Shown one piece after another: positions 1 through 12,184 of a DNA stretch of 64,000 bases. Position numbers and translations under genes: made by a program. Position 1 is the first letter of the stretch. Every line of letters begins with the position of its first letter. Source of the DNA: Dimorphilus gyrociliatus (taxonomy: Eukaryota > Animalia > Annelida); contig CAJFCJ010000002.1 of the NCBI GenBank assembly GCA_904063045.1, forward strand, positions 2,192,422-2,256,421. Direction: 5' to 3'. The notes beneath the pieces are model-generated. The model ran no database searches and was not told the DNA's origin. It saw only the letters and a program-made list of their open reading frames with translations.

Positions 1-2742
1 ACTATTAATTAGAGCTATATGTTCATTCAACTTTCCTTTCAGTTGATCTATTTCAGTTGTGGACTTTAAAACAACATTTTCAAGTTCTTGTTGTAAGTCT
101 TGCTTTTGACCTTCAAGAACTTGAATTTCGGCAGTGGATTTTTCAAGTTTGTCTTCTACCGATTTCTTTACAATTTGTAAATTCTCGACAAGTTTTTCAG
201 CGTCTTCTAAAGACTTTTGGTGATCGTCTACAGTTGCTTGAAGCTCTAATATCCAAAATGATTTATTTTTTATGTCGTTGTGGAGTCCTTCGATATCCGA
301 CTTATACTTCATCGTTTGTTCACGATTCTCTTCAACAGATTTCTTTAAATCTTTTTGAACCAGATTCAAGTCGACAAGTAGATTCTCTGCTTTAGCTTCC
401 TTCGATTGAAGATCTTTAGTCAGATCTTCAACCTTTTTCGCCAAATCAGAATTCTGTTTTCCCAAATTAGCAATTTGGGAATCGTAATTTGTGAGATTTC
501 CTTTAAGCTCCTGGATTGTTATTTCTTTGTCTTCTATCTGACATTTATTGCTCTCTAAAACGATTGTCATGCTCTCGATTGCTTCACTAAGCATTTCCGA
601 TTTTTTACGCTCACAGTTGATTTCTTCATTAAGACTATCTAGAGTGACGCTAACGTTTGATTTAAATGTTTCAAGTTCTTTAATGGTATCGTTTAAAGAT
701 TTGTTGACCAATTGCAGTTCTTTAACATTATTCTCTGAACCTTTAAAATTTTCGTAACATTCTTCATAAACTTGTTTAATCTTTTCGTATTCGCTTTCTT
801 TTTCAGTAATTTTGTCCGCTAATTCGTCTCTTTCTTCTTCCAACTCATCGATTCTCTCCATAAGATTTCTTTCGACAATAACTTCGCCCAAGTTCTCACC
901 AGATTCATCTTTCTGTCTAGAGTAGAAAAAGTCAGATGAATCCATTTTTGTTCGTAAATCGGCAATTTGTTCTTTTTGATATTCTATTTCTTTTTGCTGA
1001 ATATCTAACTGTTTCAAAAGTGACATTTTTTCCTCTAGAAACTTTTCTTCATAGTTATTAACTTCGCGCTTGTGTGTTGAAACATTGATAGCATTGACTG
1101 AAAAATCTTTTAACTCGATTTCCAATTTTCTTACTTTTTTCTTTAGCTCTTCCAACTGGTTTAAGAGTTTTGAATTTTCTTCACTAAGCTGGTCATTATC
1201 CTTGGCCAAACCGATAGAATTTCTGGTTAGCTCTTTACACTTAGACTCAGCCTCAAACGCTCGTGTTATATAAGCTTGCATCGATTCTTCTTTACCGTTC
1301 TTAAATTCTTCGATTTGTTCTTCCAAAATAAAATGGCGAGTTTTTAATGTTTCAAGCTCATTCTGTAAGATATTTATACGGCTGTCTTTTTGTTTAATAT
1401 TGGATGAATCTCTTTCCGAGTCAATTTCTAAATCATATACTCTGTCGAGAGCTTCTGTTAATTGCCTTTTTAAACGTCTTATCTCGTGTTCTCTTTCGTT
1501 AATTTCCAATTTCGAGACTATATGTGGACTTTTCATTAACTGATTGACAGGTGAAGCTGCTGCTATAGAATTTGAAAATACATGAGTACTAGGAGTTCCG
1601 TAGTTTCGTGTCGTATTCATAAACACATAAGGTTCTCGACAAGGAGTCACACCTGTAGGATAGTCAATAATTAAGCTAATTGAATACTTATCATTGGTAT
1701 GATCAAGTTTGTTACGCTATTACAATAGTAAAATTTATTAAATAAACAATTGATTATTCTATTGTTTTTCAATGGCTCTTAGTTTGCGTCGATAGAAAGT
1801 TTTTAGATCTATTGTTTTAAAAGGCATCTCAAGCAAGCATCTTACTTGGCATTGAATTTAGAGCTGAATAATGTCTCACAGCCGCTGGACATGTTCTGCT
1901 TCGCTCTGGAGATCCTTGATGATCCTCATGAACTGGCGTAGAAGTTGACAATGGTCGAGAGTCGTTTACAGAATTATAATGATTAATGTAAGCTTTTAAA
2001 ATAAGAAAAGCATTATAGATATAGACAAAGAATGAAGCTTTAGCAATATAAACAAAATACTTACGTTCACTCAAAACATAGCTAAATTCTTTTGTAAAGT
2101 CTTCTACCTTCAATATTGAAGATACCATTTGACAAACATGCAACTGAAGTTCATTGTTCAACTTTGTACTACTCTCAATAAAAATTTGATGATTGGCACT
2201 TGATAAACCCAAACATAATAGCAGTAAAGCAATCTGAAATTTAACAGTATTTTTAAGTATTACTGCTAATGCGCATCATAAATTCTCACCTTTGCTATTT
2301 CATAGTCATCTTCATGTGGTTTGAATATAAACCAATCCCCCACCGGTTTCTTATATTCCTCTATAACAAAAAATAAGTGGTACATTAAAAATTTTGACTC
2401 TTTTTGTTCAAATTTACCTGATAAAAAGAGTAGTATACTCTCAAAACTATCACCATTGTCTCTTTTCTTATAAGTATTATCACTGTTTAGGTTAAAGATA
2501 ATAAAGAGATCGAGTATTTTTTAACGTAAAATTTAAAATATACTTACATTAGGGAAGCTATTCTATCAAAAATGAATCCATCTGCTAATTGTCCTAAATC
2601 TGATATATCTTCTTTCAAAAGATTATTTAGCTATAAGATATTATAAGTTTATAAACGGTTTTAGACAGAGGCCATGTAAACAAACCCAAGAGAGTAACGC
2701 TGTAGCTTTATCAGGATAAACAGTCCTCTGCTTTTCGTCCAT
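1..2742 (-). CDS. NUMA1: NuMA-like (nuclear mitotic apparatus) protein: N-terminal Hook/NuMA-type CH domain plus long coiled coil; 3' end runs off the window
   Basis: Manual splicing: exon 1 2742-2686 (MDEKQRTVYPDKATALLSW), small exons (LNNLLKEDISDLGQLADGFIF..., ...EIAK|IALLLLCLG...), then an open exon from 1652 through position 1. Resembles vertebrate NuMA as recalled: AALLSWVNSL, ELAKMTMLLL and ASPMGDILQTP..MRRLKKQL versus ASPVNQLMKSP..IRRLKRQL here. The remainder is E/K/L-rich heptad sequence. Missing from the ORF track because it has no stop within the window. Confidence 0.75.
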
Positions 2743-3206
2743 AACTTAAAAATTATATTCTTAAAACTTCGGTAAAAAATGCTTGTCATAAACGTAATTA
2801 GGTAAAAACTCTTTCGGAAGAACGGAAGCTGGAAAAGCGCTCGTAAAAGTGAACGCTTTCCACTGTGTCTTTACCGGTAAATTTAAATCGGAAAACCGGA
2901 AATGGGTATAGCTAAATTTTCTTCGCCCGTTTTTTTAGCGCTAAATTTAGACGTCAAGGGGGCGCTGTTGCGATTTCTTATACACAAATATCATACATTT
3001 CCGTATTTAAAAAGAATTTGTATTCAAAAGAGAAGATAAATCAATGAAATGTATAAATTTTTGAAATTACAATTCAGTAAATCCCACATCATGAAAACTT
3101 GAATTATTATAATAGTCGAAATCAATTTATGTCTTAATAATATTGCATGCAAATTTATTTTGGCCTAACAAGTTAATTTCCTAACTTGAATTGCATAGAA
3201 AATATC

Positions 3207-5053
<1,847 letters not shown>

Positions 5054-5392
5054 GGCTATAGGGCCGCTGGTTTTGTTCTGTTTTAAAATGGTAATCACTC
5101 GTCTACAACAAAAAGAGAACAGTAAAACATTGAGCAGGGAAATTGAACTTTGTTATCGCGCACCTCATTAAACATTAGCTAAAACCGCTTATTATCGCTC
5201 CCGACCTATGAGTGGTAGATAGCGCCACCTTTTTATGAAACGCACTTCAACAGGAAAAAACTTTTTTTTGTACAAAACTATAGTACTTTTTATTATATTC
5301 TTTTTAAACGTTTTAACATTGAAAATAAATTTTCATTAGGTTAACCGTCTAACATCTTTGAAAAAAAACAAAAGTTTTTCTTGAAAAATATC

Positions 5393-7658
5393 TTAAATCG
5401 AGAATAGAGAGTAGGCCATCGGTTTTACATCGGGATGGGGCTGTTGTAATTAAAAAGAAAAAAATGAAGTAAATGTATATTTACTTGTCTTTAAAATAAA
5501 TTACTGAGTATAAATGTATTCTAATACTTACAACGGCCTCGTAGGAGGTAAATTTTGGTTTCAAATCACCACCTATTAGATTAATGAAGGCACCTTTGTT
5601 ACCCATTTGATCACAGTAATTGGGAGCAGAAAACACTGTTATACATTTTCCATTATGAGCGACTTCATATCCATCAGCTTTAACCTACAACAAAAAAACA
5701 GGGCTCATATTACGCTTATTAGAGTACAATGAAATGTATTAAGTTTTCTACAGTTTAAGGACAAAGTTTTTACCTCATGACTTCGAATAATGTAATCAAG
5801 TCTATTTAATTTCAAAAATCTATCGGTGACATCAGGTCCAAATTGACACCCTACTCCTCGTTTAGACAGAGATCGACCGTTCTGTGGTTGAGGATCGGAC
5901 CACAATAATTCACACATAATTCCTGAATCTGGTGGTTGCCTATTTCTGTCAACTTTTCGTATATCGTCTAAAGTAACCCCGTCCTCGGCAAATAGACCAC
6001 CATGAGTCACTAGAATCCTACTACTTAAACAGTGGGCTAATGGGAGCCAATTATACACTTCGGTAAAGAGATCAGCCATCTGCATCGAATATTTGCATTT
6101 TACTTCTCCAGCAAATCCGTACATTTGATTCATGGTGATACTCTCATGATTTCCTGTCAGTTGAGATACAGTATATTTTTACTAGCATAAGTTTTATAGT
6201 TAGAAAAACGACCTACCCCGGGATAAGAAAAAGTGATCAGGGTACAAAAGTTTAAATCCGAAGAGAGTAAACACACATTCGACAGAGAACGATCCTCTAT
6301 CCACAAAGTCTCCATTGAAAAGCTATTGGAATTAAATAAAATAAAATAAGATATTTAAATCGTATATTATACTTTCGTACATATGGATTATCCTTTGAAG
6401 GCAAACCATTTAACTCGAAAATGTTTAACAAATCATAAAACTGCCCATGAATATCTCCACAAACGGTAAATTTTGCTCCCTATAAAGTTAAATTTTATTC
6501 ATATATTTTACCCTTAAGTCAATTGATACATACGGTAGGAATATTGACATCAATTAGACTAGGTAAAGTTTCCAGATAATTCTTCATAGCTAGTAAAATC
6601 TAGAGAAAAAAAAAGTTTACGTGTCTCATTTTGAGCAATGAATAGCGAAAAAAAACCTACTTGATAGGCGTATTTTTTGTGCAGCTTTTTTTGTTTCCTA
6701 TAGGCTTCAAGAAGATTCTTCATAAAATCAGGAGTGACCCTGCTGTTGTCCAAAACTGGTCCGTCATACGAACTCTCAACTTCTGCAGAAATTTTTTGTC
6801 GTCGAAATATTAGTGTGAAACCAATTCTATAATTTGAAAATTTACCCATAGTTTCAATGTTAATTTTATCAGCTATACTTTGTTTCTCTTCCACAGAAAT
6901 AGCTTTTTCAAAGGCAATTCTCTTTACAATTTTATCGCATTCTTTATATTTGGCTTTTGCATCTCTATCATTTGGCTTGGCGTTTGAAACCTAAATAGTA
7001 TGTGGTTTAAAGCGGGAATTAAAATTAAGCAATTTATATCTGACACGCTATTTAAAATTAAATAGCGAAGTAAAACTTTATACTATGTGTCAATTTACAA
7101 AGGTGTACATTAAACTAACCGCTTCAAAGTCTTTCAAAGCCAATTTAAATTTCCCTAGTGCCATATTTGCGGAAGCTCTTCGGTAATATGCCTAAAATTA
7201 AAAGATTCTTTGAAATAAATTAGAACGAAGGTAGAAAAGAGGGGTCTGGAGTGTAAGGAATTTTTTAAAGTAATAGAAATATCTTACTTTAATATACTTG
7301 GGATCAAGTTCTAATGCTTTACTTGCGTCAGCCAAGGCATAACCAAAACATTCCGTTTTTAAATATGAAAAACTCCTATTAGCATAATAAGCAGCTACAT
7401 TAGGATTTAATTCGATGGCTTGAGTGTACAATTCAATGGCTTCGTTGAATTCCAGATCTGTAAAATCATTGTGATTAAGAAATGACTAAATAAAATTGCT
7501 TTGAAAATTCGGCAACTTTTGAATCGTTCATTAGCCTTTTCCTTTAATTTTTCTGCTTGTTGTGAGTTTTGTTCCATAGTTTTACTTTCGGTTGTAGTAT
7601 GTAATTCACTAGAATTTTCGTTAGATTGAATCTCACATTGGCTGCTGGAGGCGGCCAT
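5393..7658 (-). CDS. PPP5C: Serine/threonine protein phosphatase 5 (TPR + PPP catalytic domain)
   Basis: TPR ([22 protein letters not shown]), PPP motifs (spliced [41 protein letters not shown]) and C-terminal [10 protein letters not shown]; stop TAA at 5395-5393. Confidence 0.96.
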
Positions 7659-7891
7659 GTTAAGTTTTAGGCGAAATAGTCAACTATTGCAAGGATTTGA
7701 ATAATACCAGTTTCTAGTCGAACTTTTTTCTTTCATTTTATGAAATGTAAAGTTTATTTCAAATTTTAGGATCATTAGCACACATTACAAATTTAATTAT
7801 ATTTTAATAATTTTATTTACATTGCACTGGAAAATGCACATCACACAGGCACATAAATTATCTGTTTCTACATGCAGGCGAAATAATGACC

Positions 7892-7898
7892 TGAGGTA
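7892..7898 (-). promoter_or_regulatory. let-7 7mer-A1 target site in lin-41 3'UTR
   Basis: Minus strand reads UUACACGCGUUUUACCUCA: UACCUCA seed match plus upstream UACA able to pair let-7 nt 14-17; lies before AATAAA at 7817-7812. Confidence 0.6.
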
Positions 7899-8052
7899 AA
7901 ACGCGTGTAAAAAAAAAAAAGAAAAAAAAATAAATAGAAGAAATACAGTAGCACGACGGAAAAGATACGAGTTCTGAAATGCAGTACACGCATAATACGC
8001 GCATCGAAATCAACAGATAAGCCTCTAAAAAAGCTATAAAAAGTTTAACGAG

Positions 8053-8059
8053 GAGGTAG
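8053..8059 (-). promoter_or_regulatory. let-7 7mer-m8 target site in lin-41 3'UTR
   Basis: Minus strand reads AUAUGCACACGCUACCUC: CUACCUC seed match plus UAUGCA able to pair let-7 nt 14-19 with one G:U. Confidence 0.7.
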
Positions 8060-8122
8060 CGTGTGCATATCCTTTTCCCTTTTTACGTCAACGTTCTTAA
8101 ACTGGTGACGTTTATAAATATA

Positions 8123-8129
8123 CCCTGAG
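8123..8129 (-). promoter_or_regulatory. lin-4/miR-125 7mer-m8 seed match in lin-41 3'UTR
   Basis: Minus strand CUCAGGG, only about 7 nt after the stop codon, a position that may reduce efficacy. Confidence 0.4.
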
Positions 8130-8135
8130 TCTTAT

Positions 8136-10271
8136 TTAAAAAACTTGAATTCGATTATTTCCAAAGTCAACGACCAAAACATCACCGTTTGGAGAGACAC
8201 AGATTCCAGAAGGTCTGTCAAACTGTCCTTCTTCCTGACCACTTGAACCCCAGAGGCCGATGGGATTTCCTGCTTGATTAAATACCTGAATTCTGTTATT
8301 CCTGGAATCAGCTACGATTATATTTCCCTGATGATCTATGGTAACGCCTTGAGGTCGGTTAAATTGTCCTCTTGAAGAACCTTCCTGCCCGAGTAGATGA
8401 GCGCCTGATAGATCAGGCTTAATTATTAGCAATCTATGATTATTGAAATCTGTGACGACGATATGACCACTGAACATATAGCTAACACCTCTAGGAGAAT
8501 CGAAATGACGCCAAAGTGATGATGAACAACTTTCAAAACCGTATTTAGAAATGAACATTCCTGATGAAGCGAATAGCTGCACTCTATGATTTCTAGTATC
8601 TGTTACTGCTATTATTCCCTGCGAATTGACGGCAACATCCCATGGATAATTAAATTGACCTGGTTTTGTTCCTTTTTCTCCCCACCCGTTAATCCAGGTG
8701 CCTTCAAATGAGAAAACTTGGACACGATGATTATCCTTGTCAGCAACAATGATATTATCCATAACATTGCAAGCCACACCAGCAGGTCTATCTAATTGAC
8801 CTTGCTGCGATCCTAAACTTCCGAACATTCTCACAAATTTCCCTTCCGAATCAAAAATTTGTATACGATTGTTAGAGCGATCAGCAACAATTATATATCC
8901 ATGCTTATTTGTGCAAATACCCCACGGTCTGGATAATTTTCCTTTGGACGCCCCTTCCCCTCCAATAATAAATTTTGGTCTGGAGATGTCATTGTATTCT
9001 CTGCATACATATACTTGAATTTTGAATGGGGAACCTTTTATATGTCTTCCATTATTCAAAACACGAACTTGACAAATCCCTTCGCATTCGGGTGTGAAAC
9101 TAACTGAATATGTTCCATTCATCATATCAGAAATCTGATTTTGCAAAATTTTTCCATTTGATGATAAAATGTTTATAACAAAATTATCACCGCCTGTATA
9201 ACGGTTATGACCTTGACAATCGACGGCTTGTATGAAAAATGTGGTGTTTTTAGACTTTAAGGCTTTCTTTGAGCCTTCGCCGTAAATGTAACAGAGTGGA
9301 GCGCACGCTGAACTTGATATTTGACCCATTTTTCTAACGGCGGAATGAAAAGAATTGTCTGGAGGTATAAACGATATTGTGTCATCTTCGAATGGGCCAT
9401 CGAAACAAGTTAAGCTATTTAAATTCCTGAGGTAACGCTCAAAATTTTCATTCGCCTCGTCTATATCGCTTTTTCCGGCTTCCAAAGCGTTAATCTCATC
9501 AAGCCAGTGTAATTGGGCATTTCTAAGCTGTTCAGATTGCTTGATGAGTGTGTCTACTTTCAACTTTCTTATGTTTTCGATGTTTTGAAGTAGTTCTTTT
9601 TCACGTTCTTCTATATAAGCAATGAATTGATGGGTTTTAATGGATACCTGATTGGATACATTGATCGCTTGCATCATAATATTTTCTTTCATTCTCTCAT
9701 TTGCAGAGAGAGACATATTAACTCTATCCAATTCCATTTTTATCTTTTCATATAAAATCTTTTTGAAGTTTGGCTCCTGAAGATGATTAGACAGAAGACA
9801 AGCACCAAAGCAGTCTTCTTTAAAACAGAAGTCACAAGCTGGGCGGATAATAGGAGATATAGGTGAAGATTCTCTAAGCAAAGAGGGCGATAGGCGTCTC
9901 AGCACATGATTTCTCGTTAAACTCACTCTCTGATGCGCAAGGACACATGAATCGCATAGATTTTCTTCGCACTGATTGCATCTTGATTTCGCCTCCATTT
10001 CATTGCAGGAGCAACGCGGAAGGGAAGAAGAGGAGGAAGATGATGATGAAGACGATAAGGAATTCCTACCATAGGGCAATTCTATTCCTGTAATAGATTC
10101 CATGGGTCTGAACATAAATGGCTCGAATTCTTTGTCAATAGGAGAATTGCAATTTGGGCAGACATCTGAATCGCTTAAGCACCTCTGGCAAACTTTATGA
10201 TGGCATTGAAGTATTTTAATATTGTCAGTCGAACAGCAAACAATGCAGTTGAATAGATTTAAAGACGCCAT
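8136..10271 (-). CDS. TRIM71: TRIM71/lin-41 E3 ligase and RNA-binding protein (RING, B-box, coiled coil, filamin, 6 NHL); single coding exon
   Basis: 711-aa ORF with C3HC4 RING, B-box, filamin repeat and NHL repeats diagnostic of lin-41 (LSRPWGIC..VADRSNNRIQIF; LDRPAGVAC..ADKDNHRVQVF; FNYPWDVAVN; WRHFDSPRGV). Confidence 0.93.
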   Translation of the reverse strand: MASLNLFNCIVCCSTDNIKILQCHHKVCQRCLSDSDVCPNCNSPIDKEFEPFMFRPMESITGIELPYGRNSLSSSSSSSSSSSLPRCSCNEMEAKSRCNQCEENLCDSCVLAHQRVSLTRNHVLRRLSPSLLRESSPISPIIRPACDFCFKEDCFGACLLSNHLQEPNFKKILYEKIKMELDRVNMSLSANERMKENIMMQAINVSNQVSIKTHQFIAYIEEREKELLQNIENIRKLKVDTLIKQSEQLRNAQLHWLDEINALEAGKSDIDEANENFERYLRNLNSLTCFDGPFEDDTISFIPPDNSFHSAVRKMGQISSSACAPLCYIYGEGSKKALKSKNTTFFIQAVDCQGHNRYTGGDNFVINILSSNGKILQNQISDMMNGTYSVSFTPECEGICQVRVLNNGRHIKGSPFKIQVYVCREYNDISRPKFIIGGEGASKGKLSRPWGICTNKHGYIIVADRSNNRIQIFDSEGKFVRMFGSLGSQQGQLDRPAGVACNVMDNIIVADKDNHRVQVFSFEGTWINGWGEKGTKPGQFNYPWDVAVNSQGIIAVTDTRNHRVQLFASSGMFISKYGFESCSSSLWRHFDSPRGVSYMFSGHIVVTDFNNHRLLIIKPDLSGAHLLGQEGSSRGQFNRPQGVTIDHQGNIIVADSRNNRIQVFNQAGNPIGLWGSSGQEEGQFDRPSGICVSPNGDVLVVDFGNNRIQVF

Positions 10272-10644
10272 TTTCTTTTTGTATTATTTTTTCTAAGGCA
10301 TTTGTACTCTCGGAGTAACTTGGTTTCGGCTTTTTTTTGTCTAAAGAATCGAATAGAAAAAAAACGAAACGTTATTAAAATACGTAGCGTTAAAACTACG
10401 GAACGATATTAGTTAAATAAGATTAAAAAAGATATAATAAATAAGTAACTATATACACAATATATATAAATATAAACATATATTTATTATAATATATATA
10501 TATAAACAACACTATTGATTACTAATTAAAATAATTATTTATCTTATCTATTATAAATTGTTATTTTATGTGTATAGAACAAATTAAAAGAGAAAAAACT
10601 AAGAAAGATAAAAAGAGAAATCTAGCACAAATAAACAACAAACG

Positions 10645-10707
<63 letters not shown>
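10645..10707. repeat. (ATA)21 trinucleotide microsatellite in the predicted lin-41 5'UTR intron
   Basis: Perfect 63-nt ATA repeat, between a minus-strand donor (gtgagt at 11189) and an acceptor near 10341. Confidence 0.95.
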
Positions 10708-10709
<2 letters not shown>

Positions 10710-11446
10710 ATTAATAACAATAAAAAGAAGAATAACGTGAAAATAAGAAAAAAAATTTTAAATTAGATAGTAGTCTTTAATATTAAAATCTGATTATAGA
10801 TTAGGAATGTTCTTTTTTTTTTTTTCAAAGATATTCTAGATAAGAAATTTTTCAACGAGTGAAAAGCAAACAAAAAAAATATTCTCGACGTTATCAAAAT
10901 AAGTTTTCAAGAGAGATTAAATATAAAAATAAATCAAAAAAATATGGTCGTATTAAATTCTGCGCAATAAAATATAGTTTTGGAACCTAGATAGCTACTA
11001 GTAAGATAATTTTTACTATTATTTAATAAAAAAAGAATATTTATATTGATATAATTATTCTTTTTTAGTTAATTAATTTGTTACTGTACCGATTTTTTCA
11101 GTTGAAATTATATTCATCCGTCTAAAGAAACTGGAATGAGATTGTTTTATTTTTTCGATGTTAAAACTACTCAATAAGCAACTACTCACTTTCTTCACCG
11201 TCTGGTCACTAAGCTCTTTCTCTCTTATTAGCTAAATAATTGACGTTATTGCGCAATTCCTTATGCAACAGTATACAAGTAAATAAAATTCCAAGTGTAG
11301 GAAAAGTAAAACGGCCTTTCCACGTCTACGCACTGACTACGACGCATTAGATGAAGGCCTATACTATCTAACATAGTAACGTATGTCATTGTTGCTCAGT
11401 TTACATAAAATAGAAATTCCCTATTCATTATCCCTTATGAATGGAA

Positions 11447-11694
11447 TGACGTCACAGGGTTGAGTAATCTACCTCCGGTGACCAACCCTCGCCAACTCAA
11501 TATTTATCTTTTTCACAACGCAAAATCAAAATCATATATTAATCCTATGACATTTTAACATACCGTTAATTACATTAGAACAAGTATCTCGAGGTGTTAT
11601 TCACCAACACGCGTGCACGTTCTTCGAACGACCGATCAAAAATGAATATATCTGAATCCGGAAATAGGTAGAGCTGTTAAGATTGCGCATGCGC
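11447..11694. promoter_or_regulatory. Motif cluster, probable lin-41 promoter (CRE, ETS-like, NRF1)
   Basis: TGACGTCA at 11447-11454, CCGGAAAT near 11658 and TGCGCATGCGC at 11684-11694, in a CpG-richer island upstream of the putative 5'UTR donor at 11189. Confidence 0.45.
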
Positions 11695-12184
11695 TTCAAC
11701 AGATTTCATAACCTTAACTTAGGCTTACTTCACCCAGTTTCTAAAATTAGGTCAAATATTTCCATCTTTTAATAGTTATTTTTTATTCATTTTTTAAAAA
11801 TATAATATTCAACCAAATCATTTACATTATGATCAATTACATTTATTTTTGAGATCCATGTTTGATTAAGCGCCATACGGCGGTAAAAATAATACGATAA
11901 AACGTGGTATAACACGAAAAGAGTTGGTAGTATGGCGAAACAAAACTGCGGACTAGAAAAAGGTCACGGACGTAAAATATTTGAAATATTAACGTCTATA
12001 TAATCGAAAAGTACAAAAATGTTGACTACATTATGATATACGACTATTTTAAAGTCACGTAATCTCCAACTTAACTTCAATAAATTCGATTAAATTCCAA
12101 ATGGAACACAAAAAGACGCTCTATCTTGCGGGGCAGGATCCCGAAATTTGATATTATTAATACTCTTTTGTACTGGATATCAGT

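Noticed and set aside
57-1273. Plus-strand ORFs (57-395, 548-757, 1070-1273)
   Set aside because: Antisense shadows of the long NuMA-like coiled-coil exon.
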